The position numbers and the translations under genes were made by a program. Source: a virus (taxonomy: Duplodnaviria; Caudoviricetes). From it: 33,610 nt of DNA. Numbering within the stretch: the first letter of the stretch is position 1; every line of letters starts with the position of its first letter. Of this stretch, positions 24,706-33,400 are shown piece after piece. The notes below the pieces were generated by a model, which made no database searches, was not told the origin of the DNA, and saw only the letters and a program-made list of their open reading frames with translations. The DNA lies in the IMG/VR virus record IMGVR_UViG_3300048858_000136, positions 1 to 33,610 of that record; one strand, 5' to 3'.

Positions 24706-26678
24706 TGCCGACGTACCAGATCACCGGCCCGGACGGCAAAATGTACCGCATCACGGGCGATAGCCCGGAAGGTGCTGTCGAAGCACTTCAGCAGCATATC
24801 GGCGGCCAGGTGAAGCAGCCGGAAACGCAATCAGGCGGTGCTACCGGTATGGCTGATGCTTTTGGCCGCGGAGTTGCCAACTCGACCACGCTCGGATTTG
24901 CCGACGAGCTTGGCGCTGGCGCCCGGTGGCTCGGTGGCAAAATCTTGCCTTGGCGGGGCGAAGTGACGTGGGACCAGGCGCTCGACGAAGTGCGGGGAAG
25001 CGACAACGCGGTTGCCGAAGCGAACCCCGGATCGAGCATCGCAGGCAACGTGACGGGCGCCCTGGGTCTTGGCGCTGGTCTTGCTCGCGCCGGCCTATCC
25101 ATGTCCGCGAATGCCATCGAGCGCGGGGCCGGCCTAGGGCGTGTCGCCGCGGCGTCGGCCGGGGAAGGGGCTGTCCTCGGCGGAGTGTCCGGTTTCGGGG
25201 GTGGCGAAGGCGCCGACGACCGTATTGGCTCTGCTGTCACCGGTGGGCTAACTGGTCTGGGTGTAGGGCTCGCGGTGCCGGTGGCCATTGCCGGTGGCGG
25301 TAAGTTTGCCAAGACAGTCACAGCACCCGTCATGGCAAGGATTATGCCAGAGCGTTACGCGAAGGACGCGATCGGAACGGCTTTGCAGCGCTCCGGTCGC
25401 ACGCCGGACCAGATCGCAGATATCATGCAGGGCGCAATCGAGGACGGCCAGCGGGGGTATGCTGTCATGGACGCACTCGGTCACACCGGCCAGCGCCTGG
25501 CTTCGACCGTGGCTCGCAACCCTCACGATGAACGGCAGGCATTCGTTGAGTTCGTCCGTCGTCGGCAGTCTGGAGCGGGTGAACGTCTTTCCAACGCCAT
25601 CGCGGAAGGTTTCGACACGTTCGATACGGCTGCGCAACGTACGGCTGCTATGACTGCGGCCCGCGGCGAACAGGCAAATCGTATGTATGCCGCTGCGCGT
25701 AAAGACGCCGGGCCAGTGAACGTTTCGAAAGCCATTGAAGCAATAGACGATACGCTGAACCCGGGACTGTCGAACGTCTTCAATCCACGCGACAAGATCG
25801 CGCACGACTCTATTGAGGGGGCCCTTGCCCGCGTGCGGGCTATGATCACCGATGGCCGGTCCAGCCTGACCGACTTCAACGCGGTTTTCCGTGCCAAGCT
25901 CGACATAGACGACATGATCCAACGCGCGGAAGGGCAGGGGGCCGGAAACAGGGCGCATTACCTCTCCTTCGTTCAGCGTCAGATTGACGACGCCCTGGCA
26001 AACGCCTCTCCGTCCTACACGGCCGCAAGAGACGCGTTTTCGAAGGCTTCCCGGGAAATCGACGCGGTCGACGTCGGTAAGGCTGCAACCCGCCCCTCTT
26101 CCCGTGCCGAAGACAATGTCGGCGCGTTCGCCGCTATGACGCCGGAACAGCAGGCTGCTTTCCGTGCAGGCTACGCCGACCCGCTGATCGCCCGCGTTGA
26201 AAGCACATCGATGTCGCCAACAACGAACAAGGCTCGCGTGCTGCAAACGCCGAAGCTCGAACAAGAGCTGCAGGCATTCGCTGCGCCGGGAAAGGCAGAG
26301 CAGTTGGGCCGTCGCATCGGGCGCGAACAGCGCATGTTCGACACCGCGAATGCCGCGCTCGGAAACTCCAAGACGGCCGACAACCTCGCCGACGCCGCCG
26401 ACCTAGCTCAATTTGATCCGGGCATTCTGGCGGCATTCGCGACTGGTGGGTTCTCAGGGGCTCTTATGAACGGCATCGGACGTGTAGCTAGCGAGTTGAA
26501 GGGCACACCACCGAGCGTCGCGCAACGGATTGCTCGAGCTATGATGGAAGCTGATGCGGAGGCCGCTCGGCAAATTCTGATGCAGGGCGCAAGTAAGGTG
26601 CAAGGCAACGACCGACTGCGCGCGCTCATCGGGACGATGTTGACGACCGGCGGCGCTTCAGGAGCGGGGAGGCTTTGA
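24705..26678 (+). CDS. Large Gly/Ala-rich ejection (DNA transfer) protein
   Basis: MPTYQITGPDGKMYRITG N-terminus, TLGFADE motif, Gly-rich hydrophobic segments; GAGGTG SD. Confidence 0.8.
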   Translation: MPTYQITGPDGKMYRITGDSPEGAVEALQQHIGGQVKQPETQSGGATGMADAFGRGVANSTTLGFADELGAGARWLGGKILPWRGEVTWDQALDEVRGSDNAVAEANPGSSIAGNVTGALGLGAGLARAGLSMSANAIERGAGLGRVAAASAGEGAVLGGVSGFGGGEGADDRIGSAVTGGLTGLGVGLAVPVAIAGGGKFAKTVTAPVMARIMPERYAKDAIGTALQRSGRTPDQIADIMQGAIEDGQRGYAVMDALGHTGQRLASTVARNPHDERQAFVEFVRRRQSGAGERLSNAIAEGFDTFDTAAQRTAAMTAARGEQANRMYAAARKDAGPVNVSKAIEAIDDTLNPGLSNVFNPRDKIAHDSIEGALARVRAMITDGRSSLTDFNAVFRAKLDIDDMIQRAEGQGAGNRAHYLSFVQRQIDDALANASPSYTAARDAFSKASREIDAVDVGKAATRPSSRAEDNVGAFAAMTPEQQAAFRAGYADPLIARVESTSMSPTTNKARVLQTPKLEQELQAFAAPGKAEQLGRRIGREQRMFDTANAALGNSKTADNLADAADLAQFDPGILAAFATGGFSGALMNGIGRVASELKGTPPSVAQRIARAMMEADAEAARQILMQGASKVQGNDRLRALIGTMLTTGGASGAGRL

Positions 26679-26894
26679 GCGCCACCAGTTAGGGACCTTG
26701 TTGCCGGTGATATCCATCGCCCAAGCGACCAGAATACCGCCGGTGCCGAATCCGAGAGCGACCGAACGCCAGTCAAAACCGAAGGAATAAGCCATTCCTG
26801 CCCAAAGTAGGGCAACGATCGGCCACACCCACCACCACGGCCCTCGGGTGCGGTCGACAGGCGGCTCACTTGGGTCATGGTCTATCATCGGCAT
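26658..26894 (-). CDS. Small Trp-rich two-TM membrane protein (moron)
   Basis: WWWVWPIVALLWAGMAYSF and VALGFGTGGILVAWAM hydrophobic segments; convergent with the ejection gene. Confidence 0.65.
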   Translation of the reverse strand: MPMIDHDPSEPPVDRTRGPWWWVWPIVALLWAGMAYSFGFDWRSVALGFGTGGILVAWAMDITGNKVPNWWRSKPPRS

Positions 26895-27046
26895 ATCGGC
26901 ACCATGCCGTCACTCGTCTGAATTGTCCAGATAGCCTTCTCGACCAGCCAATCCCGGATCAGGCCGGCGAGCGCTTCTTCGCGCGTCAAACCTTCGTCCT
27001 CGGCAAATCGACTGAGGGCTTCCTCGATGTCGGGCGCAAACATCAT
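26885..27046 (-). CDS. CopG/RHH-like small regulator (53 aa, absent from the ORF track)
   Basis: Manual translation: MMFAPDIEEALSRFAEDEGLTREEALAGLIRDWLVEKAIWTIQTSDGMVPICR; GAGGAGG SD. Confidence 0.6.
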   Translation of the reverse strand: MMFAPDIEEALSRFAEDEGLTREEALAGLIRDWLVEKAIWTIQTSDGMVPICR

Positions 27047-27133
27047 TGCGGCCTCCTCTGCTGCACGCTCTCAACAGACAACCTCATCCCTCACATTGCA
27101 ACCCGCACTTTCCCGGGAGAGAAGGAGCACGCT

Positions 27134-28423
27134 ATGCCCAGAACTGGCGGAGTGTATACGCCCCCGGCTGGCACCAAAGCCACCGCGAACACGACCATTC
27201 TCAGCGCGCCTTACAACAGCTTCGTCGACGATCTAACGGCGGATGCCAATGCGGCAAGGCCGGTAACGGCCGGCGGGACAGGGGCAACGAGCGCGAGCGG
27301 CGCGCGAGCAGCGATCGGCGCGGATGATGCGTCGAACCTGATCAAAGGGACGCTCCCGAATGGCCGTCTGTCTGGTGAGTACAGCGGGTTTACAGCCACC
27401 TCGACCAACATCGAGGTGACGGGCTCGACGTGGTCGGCGAGCGCGCCAGTCGTAAGCGGCTTCACTCTAACCGGCAGCGCACCGAACGTTCGCTTCAAAC
27501 AGACTGATGGGACGTCGGCCCACATGGGGGTCAACGGTGGACGCCTCGAGCTATGGTCGGATATAGCCGGCGACATGCAGTTGGACGGACGCGTCCTTTA
27601 TGTAGAGCTGACGCCTGATGGGTCGGGAGACTTCATCTTCGGCGACAAGACCGTTTGGCACTCGGGTAATGACGGTTCCGGTTCCGGCCTCGATGCGGAC
27701 CTGCTCGACGGCCAGGAGGGCGCGTACTACCGCAACATCTCAAATATGAACGCCGGCACGTTGCCGAACGCTCGGTTCAGCGGCAGCTATGACGGCGTGG
27801 CAAACTTCTCGATGAGCGGCACGCTGAAGATTTCCAGCAGCGCGCCCGTGATCCAGCTCATCGACACGTCCTCAGGCAGCTATTCGGCTCGAATGCGCGT
27901 CGACGCGAACAACGTCTACTTCGACAGCTCGACGGATGACGTAACCTTCGGCGAGGTGTTCCGCTTCGAGCTCGACACGAAGATCGGCTATGTGGCCAGC
28001 TCGCGGATCTGGACTGAAGCGCTTGCTGCGACCAGGAGCATCGTCGCCGGCAACGGTCTCACGGGCGGCGGCACGCTTGGTGGTACGCGCACGGTCGCGA
28101 TGGGAACGCCGGGGACGATCACCAACAGTTCCACCAGCGTCGTGACCACGGAGAGCCACAACCACGCGCTCGGCTTCATCGCCGCTGAAGTGTCGACGAC
28201 CACTTCGGCGTCGACCACTTCGTTCGGGCTCGGACATGTCATCATGGGGCTGCACAACACCGGTCTCGCCCGAAATGCATCAGTCGCGATCTGCCTCGAT
28301 ACCGGAGACGGCGATCGATACATCTCGTCCGCCTACGGCACGGCGGGAACTCAGCTCGCGGGTACGTGGCGTTCGCGCGGGAACAGCGCGTCGAACTATC
28401 ATCTCCTCCAGAGGGTAGCTTAA
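27134..28423 (+). CDS. Tail fibre / receptor-binding protein
   Basis: MPRTGGVYTPPAGT anchor, GGTGATSA, WHSGNDGSGSGLDADLLDG, AGNGLTGGG and GTWRSRG...LLQRVA fibre motifs; AAGGAG SD. Confidence 0.88.
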   Translation: MPRTGGVYTPPAGTKATANTTILSAPYNSFVDDLTADANAARPVTAGGTGATSASGARAAIGADDASNLIKGTLPNGRLSGEYSGFTATSTNIEVTGSTWSASAPVVSGFTLTGSAPNVRFKQTDGTSAHMGVNGGRLELWSDIAGDMQLDGRVLYVELTPDGSGDFIFGDKTVWHSGNDGSGSGLDADLLDGQEGAYYRNISNMNAGTLPNARFSGSYDGVANFSMSGTLKISSSAPVIQLIDTSSGSYSARMRVDANNVYFDSSTDDVTFGEVFRFELDTKIGYVASSRIWTEALAATRSIVAGNGLTGGGTLGGTRTVAMGTPGTITNSSTSVVTTESHNHALGFIAAEVSTTTSASTTSFGLGHVIMGLHNTGLARNASVAICLDTGDGDRYISSAYGTAGTQLAGTWRSRGNSASNYHLLQRVA

Positions 28424-28944
28424 TGGAAAATCTGAATCTCGATGCCGTGCAAAACGGAACGCTATCGGTGCCGATTTTGCACGAGGTCTTTTCGGTCAGG
28501 GCGACCATCGACCCGAACGTGATGATCCTCGACATCGATATCACGGACGCATTCGGCGAGCGGTATCGTTGCGAATACGCGAGCACTCCCGATGATCAGC
28601 ACGGATTGAACCCGATGCTTCGCCAGTGGCTCGCGGACAATGATGGGCAGTACGAAGCCCTGCCGTATGTCCCGCCGACGCTGGAGGAAATTCGCGCGAC
28701 GATGCCCTCGATCACGGCCCGCCAGTTGCGGCTGACCTTGGTGCGAAGCGGCTACTCGCTTTCGGGTGTGAGCGCCGCCATCGCGGCTATCCCGGACGCG
28801 CAGATGAGGGAAGAGGTCGAAATCGAGTGGGAATATGCCACCACGTTCGACCGCCTTTCGCTAAGTCTGCTGGCTATCGCCAATGCTCTCGGCCTCACCG
28901 ACGAACAGGTCGATGTGATGTGGCAGTCCGCAGCGAACCTCTGA
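28423..28944 (+). CDS. Tail fibre assembly / chaperone protein
   Basis: TAATG coupling to the fibre gene; SITARQLRLTL...IEWEYATTFDR...LGLTDEQVDVMW pattern. Confidence 0.75.
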   Translation: MENLNLDAVQNGTLSVPILHEVFSVRATIDPNVMILDIDITDAFGERYRCEYASTPDDQHGLNPMLRQWLADNDGQYEALPYVPPTLEEIRATMPSITARQLRLTLVRSGYSLSGVSAAIAAIPDAQMREEVEIEWEYATTFDRLSLSLLAIANALGLTDEQVDVMWQSAANL

Positions 28945-28998
28945 GCTCAAGTTCAAGGCCTCGCCGTGTTTGCGGGAGAACCCGGTCTCGATGCGCAC

Positions 28999-29397
28999 TT
29001 AACGTACAGCGGCCATGCCGGCTTCGTTCAAGAGGTTCGTGAGGGAGATAATCAGCTGCGCGCCAACAAACGGCTTCTGAAGAAGCACGCTTCCTGGAAC
29101 ACCATGCGCTCTCCACTGCTCAGCACTGTCTCCCGTCATATAGATCACGGGGAGTAACGGCTGAAGCTCTCGTGCGCGCCGGGCGACGTCCCATCCACTG
29201 CCCCTTCCAGGCATCCGGATGTCCGTAATGAGGGCGCAGAAGCTAGCGCCGTCTTCTTCGAGGGCGGTGATGGCTTCCTGAGCGTTCAGCGCCAACACGG
29301 ACCCGAAGTCCGCATCTGCCAGCATATCAACGAGTGTGATAGCGACCAAAGCGTCGTCTTCCGCGACAAGCGCTAGCGGCATTTGCGGGATATCCAA
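28999..29397 (-). CDS. Single-domain response regulator (CheY-like receiver), moron
   Basis: VAEDD acidic pocket, ITDIRMP phosphoacceptor Asp, YMTG, LQKPF. Start is TTG 29397 or ATG 29382. Confidence 0.9.
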   Translation of the reverse strand: MDIPQMPLALVAEDDALVAITLVDMLADADFGSVLALNAQEAITALEEDGASFCALITDIRMPGRGSGWDVARRARELQPLLPVIYMTGDSAEQWRAHGVPGSVLLQKPFVGAQLIISLTNLLNEAGMAAVR

Positions 29398-29651
29398 CTA
29401 CCTGATCCTTCGCGATCGACAAGCTCTATGACTTGCATGTGGCATACGGAATCCGCGGCGTCGCGGATCAGGAGCCCTTGAGCAAGCAATATACTTTATT
29501 TGGGCGTGAAATGCTTATCAATCTGCACTCTGTGTGCGTTTTCGCGCGGATACGAAGCTCAGTGTGCCAGACCCGTTACGTTCCGGGTTCGGAATGCGAT
29601 GGGTAGGCCCGTTCCCACTGAATCAGCCTCAACCAACAAAAGGACAAACCC

Positions 29652-30392
29652 ATGGCAAATCGCAAGCGCACCACGCTTGGGGTCGTGCACGTCACTGCCA
29701 CGCCTCCGGGCTGGGACAAGGGCGCCGCCGGCATCCGGGCAATCCATAAAGCTCAAGGCTGGTCGGACGTCGGCTATAACGAGATCATCAACCCGGACGG
29801 CCGGGCCGAGACGGGTCGCGGCAAGATGGCGATCGGCGCCCACGTCGCCGGGTTCAACTCCATCTCCTACGGGATTTCTCTGGTCGGCGGGGTCAACGCC
29901 TCTGGCAAGCCGGACTTCAACACGATCCGCGATGCCCAGCTCGCCACGCTCTTCAAGCGGATGAAGGAGCTGACGGCCGCGTTCCCGGAGATCCGGTGGT
30001 GTGGCCACAGGGATCTGTCGCCGGACAAAAACGGCAATGGCGTGATCGAGCCCTTCGAGCACATGAAGGCGTGCCCCTGCTTCGACGTCATCCCTTGGGC
30101 GTCCGAGCACGGCCTGCCCGTCGCGGACATCAAGGGCACATGGAAGCCAATCATGCTCGAGCCGGAAAGCGCTCCGGTGCTGGAAGGCCCGGACACCCGC
30201 ACGGCATACCTTCAACGGCTTCTCAGCCGTGGCGGTTATGCCATCGGCCCGATCGACGGAATCATCGGGAAGAAGACCCGCGCCGGCATTCGCGCCTTCC
30301 AGCTGGCCTCCAACCTCGACCAGTCCGGCGAATTCGACGCGCCGACTGTCGCGTGCCTTCGTACGATCTTTGAAGCCAAGGCTGCGGCTTAG
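29652..30392 (+). CDS. Endolysin: N-acetylmuramoyl-L-alanine amidase (T7 lysozyme-like) plus peptidoglycan-binding domain
   Basis: VVHVTAT, GWSDVGY, GAHVAGFN, GHRDLSPD, KACPCFDV; C-terminal IDGIIGKKTRAGIRAFQ. Confidence 0.93.
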   Translation: MANRKRTTLGVVHVTATPPGWDKGAAGIRAIHKAQGWSDVGYNEIINPDGRAETGRGKMAIGAHVAGFNSISYGISLVGGVNASGKPDFNTIRDAQLATLFKRMKELTAAFPEIRWCGHRDLSPDKNGNGVIEPFEHMKACPCFDVIPWASEHGLPVADIKGTWKPIMLEPESAPVLEGPDTRTAYLQRLLSRGGYAIGPIDGIIGKKTRAGIRAFQLASNLDQSGEFDAPTVACLRTIFEAKAAA

Positions 30393-30419
30393 GCAGCTCT
30401 CCACCAGAAGGAAATCGAC

Positions 30420-30728
30420 ATGAAACCCGTCGCACTCGCTGCTGCGGCATGCCTCGCGCTGTCCGCATGCCAGACCACGAACATTGACGCTGCAGTCGGC
30501 AGAAGCCTCTCGAAGGCCTGCGCCGCCCTGAACACCGCCTATGCCGGCTTTTCAGCCGTCGCCGCCACCGGTGCCGTGAAGGCCAGAACGGTCGCCAAGG
30601 TCGACGCTGCCTATGCTGGCGTCGCCATCGTCTGCACCGATCCAGCGAACGCGACGGCTGCTGACGCGCTGGTGCGCGTGATCGCAGCATCTGCCGTTGT
30701 GGCTGCCGCTCTCAAGGAAGCCCGCTAA
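30420..30728 (+). CDS. Lipoprotein of the lysis cassette (spanin-like?)
   Basis: Lipobox LALSA-C, two further Cys, hydrophobic C-terminus; AAGGA SD. Confidence 0.75.
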   Translation: MKPVALAAAACLALSACQTTNIDAAVGRSLSKACAALNTAYAGFSAVAATGAVKARTVAKVDAAYAGVAIVCTDPANATAADALVRVIAASAVVAAALKEAR

Positions 30729-30755
30729 CTCTCTCTCGAAAAGAAGGCAATCGAC

Positions 30756-31097
30756 ATGCTCAAGAACATCCTTTCCCCGCTGACGACGGCAACGTCTGTC
30801 GGCGTTGCGTTCCGCTACATCGCAACCATCGTCACCTCGATTATCGCCGTCCTCGGCATTCTCGGCTGGCTGACACCCGCCCAGGCTGAAGCGCTGACGA
30901 AGCAGATCCCAGAACTGCTCGCGGCCGTCGCTGCGGTCGTGCCTGTCGTCATCACCATCTACGCCACGATAACCAAGTCGAGCTCGGACAAGGCGGCGGA
31001 GGCGGCCAAGGAGATCGACAAGAAGGTGCCGGCCGAAAGCCCGGTCGTCATCAAGACGCCTGGCGCGGCGCCCGACATCGTCGTCCGCGGCAAGTAA
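30756..31097 (+). CDS. Putative holin
   Basis: Two hydrophobic segments and a charged C-terminal tail; adjacent to the endolysin. Confidence 0.65.
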   Translation: MLKNILSPLTTATSVGVAFRYIATIVTSIIAVLGILGWLTPAQAEALTKQIPELLAAVAAVVPVVITIYATITKSSSDKAAEAAKEIDKKVPAESPVVIKTPGAAPDIVVRGK

Positions 31098-31108
31098 GCA
31101 CGCACTCA

Positions 31109-31145
31109 ATCGCCCGTCACGTCGACGAGGTCCGTGACGGGCGAT
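31109..31145. terminator. 13-bp perfect stem-loop after the holin
   Basis: ATCGCCCGTCACG (31109-31121) and CGTGACGGGCGAT (31133-31145); no strong U-tract. Confidence 0.55.
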
Positions 31146-31176
31146 CCTCTATCTATCCATTCGGGGTGAGCGGCAG

Positions 31177-31808
31177 ATGCCAGGAACAGTAGATATGGCC
31201 AACGGCAATGATCATCGACCGTACACGGACGCGGCGACAGCCCAACTGGGCGAGCGCGTCACAAACCTCGGCCGCCGCCAGACCGACATGGAAGCGGAAA
31301 TGCGGGCCGGCTTCAAGACGATGGAATCGGCCGTCACGAGCCTCGCGAACGAGACCCGATCGTCCATTGCCTCCCTGTCCACCAATCTCGCGGAGCGCAA
31401 CAAACCTCAATGGCAGGCGCTGGGCGTCGCTCTCACGTTCGCCGCGATGCTGGGCGGCCTAGCTTACCTCCCGATCCGGGAAGCAACGAGCGACCTGAAA
31501 TCGGGCGTGGCGATGTTGGCAGATCGGATGGTGACGAGGCAGGAAATGGACTGGCGCCAAGCGCGCGGGCAGGAGGATCGGCAGCGGGCAGAGGCGGCAT
31601 CAAGGAAGTTCGTGATGCCCAGGTGCCGCGGGCCGAACTGGACCGCGTCTTCGCCAGCTTCGTGCAGCAGTTCTCCGACCACCAACGGCAGATCGACGAG
31701 ATGAAGCAGGCTCAGGGGAGTGTCTACGGAACCCGCGACGTGGTCTTTGATCTGAAGAAGGAGATCGAGCGGTTGCGGGATCGGCAACGAACAGGCGCAC
31801 AGCCCTGA
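31177..31808 (+). pseudogene. Coiled-coil / single-TM lysis-region protein interrupted by a frameshift near 31598
   Basis: One frame reads ...EDRQRAEAA and then degenerates; a second frame continues IKEVRDAQVPRAELDRVF...LKKEIERLR to the stop at 31808. Confidence 0.7.
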
Positions 31809-31930
31809 ACAGGCACAACCGGCCGAGGGGCAATGGACGCCTAGGCTGCGGCAATCGTGTCAAAGCAAATAGTGGACGCAAGTCGATGGCACACCGGTGC
31901 ATCGCACCCCGCTGCTCGAATTTAGATGAA

Positions 31931-32158
31931 CTACAGGTGGGTGTACGCGGTATGGAACGACTGGGGCGCCACGTGCTCGCTGCGGTTCACGAGCTGTGCT
32001 CGCATGGGAAGTACGTACTCCTCCGGCTGAATGCACTCGAAATGGTCAGCCAGTGCAATCGCGGCTTGCACCTCCTGTGAAAAGCCGTTGACAGCCGTTT
32101 CAGCGAATTCCTGCTTTTGGCTGGCCGCGTTGAGCAGTTCCGAAACGTAGAGCATCAT
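31931..32158 (-). CDS. Hypothetical 75-aa protein coupled to the protease gene
   Basis: ATGA overlap at 32155-32158 with a GGAG SD inside the protease 3' end. Confidence 0.75.
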   Translation of the reverse strand: MMLYVSELLNAASQKQEFAETAVNGFSQEVQAAIALADHFECIQPEEYVLPMRAQLVNRSEHVAPQSFHTAYTHL

Positions 32159-33096
32159 GGATTCTCCGTGTGGTGGCTGTGGAGATACACCGGCATGTTC
32201 TGACGATCGGCGTATCCGGTTAATAAGTCGTTGTACTCGCGAATTGCGACGCGAAGTTCGTTGTCGTTCGAATAATCATCGATCTCGAGCTTAAGTTCCA
32301 GCAGGCGATCGATCCCAAGCGCCCGACCGTGCATGTGCCAACGTCGGTTATCCGAAAGCGCCGCCGCGATCTCTTCCGCTCGTCCTTCTTTCTCCGCTAG
32401 AGTGACCTCGGTTCCTGGATTGGTCGTCCGATGATGAGTCCAATCCTTGAACTTGTAAGTCACCAACCACTTCTTCAGCAGGCTGATCGACAGATTTTTG
32501 GCCTGCTCATATAGCGCGAGTTTCCCTAAGTCCATACTCCTTAAGAATACGGCATCGGCGGGGGTGAGCACATTCTTCGCTGTGATCTCTTGGACCTTAT
32601 CTAGATACCCAAGCGCGGCCACGTAGCCTGAGCCGTCGGAGGAGAGGACTTGTGGATCAATGGGCCCGAGCGCGGACGAGTAATCCATGAAAATTCGATC
32701 GCCAGACATGCAGAAGATCGTGCCGGCGGACATAGCGTAATCAGGCACGATGAAATTGACCGTCTCGTAATGGTGCCGCACCACAGAGACCATTCGCTCA
32801 GCAGTCTCGGCACTTCCGCCGGGGCTTCGCAAAACGATCGTCAAAGTGTTCTCCACGCGCTGCGACGCGGCTCTCACCTCTTCAATGAAATTCCGGAACG
32901 GTCGTGTAATTTGTGGATGTATCTGCCCGAAGTAACACACAACGTCGGACTGCAATACGTCTTCGAGTGCTTTTGCCTTCGCGTTGACGTGCGCGAGGAT
33001 CGCGTGATCCAAATCAGCCGGATTCAAATGTACCCCCCCAACATCGAGCCTCTTTGGACTCTTATCGGGTATAGCTTGCGCGAAGTTGTGGCGCAT
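32155..33096 (-). CDS. SDH-family ClpP/crotonase-fold serine protease
   Basis: LRSPGGSAE, VPDYAMSAGT (Ser), SALGPIDPQ (Asp), WHMHGRAL (His). Possible alternative TTG start at 33027 after a G-rich SD. Confidence 0.88.
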   Translation of the reverse strand: MRHNFAQAIPDKSPKRLDVGGVHLNPADLDHAILAHVNAKAKALEDVLQSDVVCYFGQIHPQITRPFRNFIEEVRAASQRVENTLTIVLRSPGGSAETAERMVSVVRHHYETVNFIVPDYAMSAGTIFCMSGDRIFMDYSSALGPIDPQVLSSDGSGYVAALGYLDKVQEITAKNVLTPADAVFLRSMDLGKLALYEQAKNLSISLLKKWLVTYKFKDWTHHRTTNPGTEVTLAEKEGRAEEIAAALSDNRRWHMHGRALGIDRLLELKLEIDDYSNDNELRVAIREYNDLLTGYADRQNMPVYLHSHHTENP

Positions 33097-33177
33097 GTCT
33101 AGCGAAACCTAAGGTGCCAAAAACTCCAGGTCTATGAAACATAAACCAGCATCTGTGGCGGTCGTGCTGGCCCTTGG

Positions 33178-33369
33178 CTAATGCGTCGTCCCCTTACGTC
33201 TGGCGATGTACTCCTCATTCAGATCTCCGACCCTGTGCTCGGCCACCTGCATGGCGAGCCCGTCCTGCGGCACGCCGTTCACCTCGGCCGTTAGCCCCGT
33301 GAATATGTCGAAGACAGCCCACATTCCGGTGCCGTCTTCGCGGAGGCTGTAGCGTGTTTCAAGGCGCAG
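33178..33369 (-). CDS. Small hypothetical protein lacking a canonical start (possibly degenerate)
   Basis: Manual translation ...LETRYSLREDGTGMWAVFDIFTGLTAEVNGVPQDGLAMQVAEHRVGDLNEEYIARRKGTTH*; protein-like, but only a CTG (33369) or an internal ATG is available. Confidence 0.45.
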   Translation of the reverse strand: MRLETRYSLREDGTGMWAVFDIFTGLTAEVNGVPQDGLAMQVAEHRVGDLNEEYIARRKGTTH

Positions 33370-33400
33370 AGGCTTCGGCTTCTTAGACGCAGGCCCGCGA

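Noticed and set aside
12534-26264. Long antisense ORFs (e.g. 12534..13697, 13713..14633, 16220..17257, 23068..24462, 25248..26264)
   Set aside because: Shadow frames of GC-rich structural genes; no motifs or SD sequences, and fully overlapped by well-supported genes.
27134-29650. Diversity-generating retroelement or invertible fibre cassette
   Set aside because: No reverse transcriptase, invertase or near-identical template repeat was seen.
32155-33096. ClpP-fold protease as a prohead maturation protease
   Set aside because: Opposite strand, far from the head genes, SDH-type motif order, and the head uses a separate scaffold.
33106-33120. TTGGCAC upstream of the protease as a sigma-54 promoter
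   Set aside because: The -12 TTGC element is missing at the required spacing.
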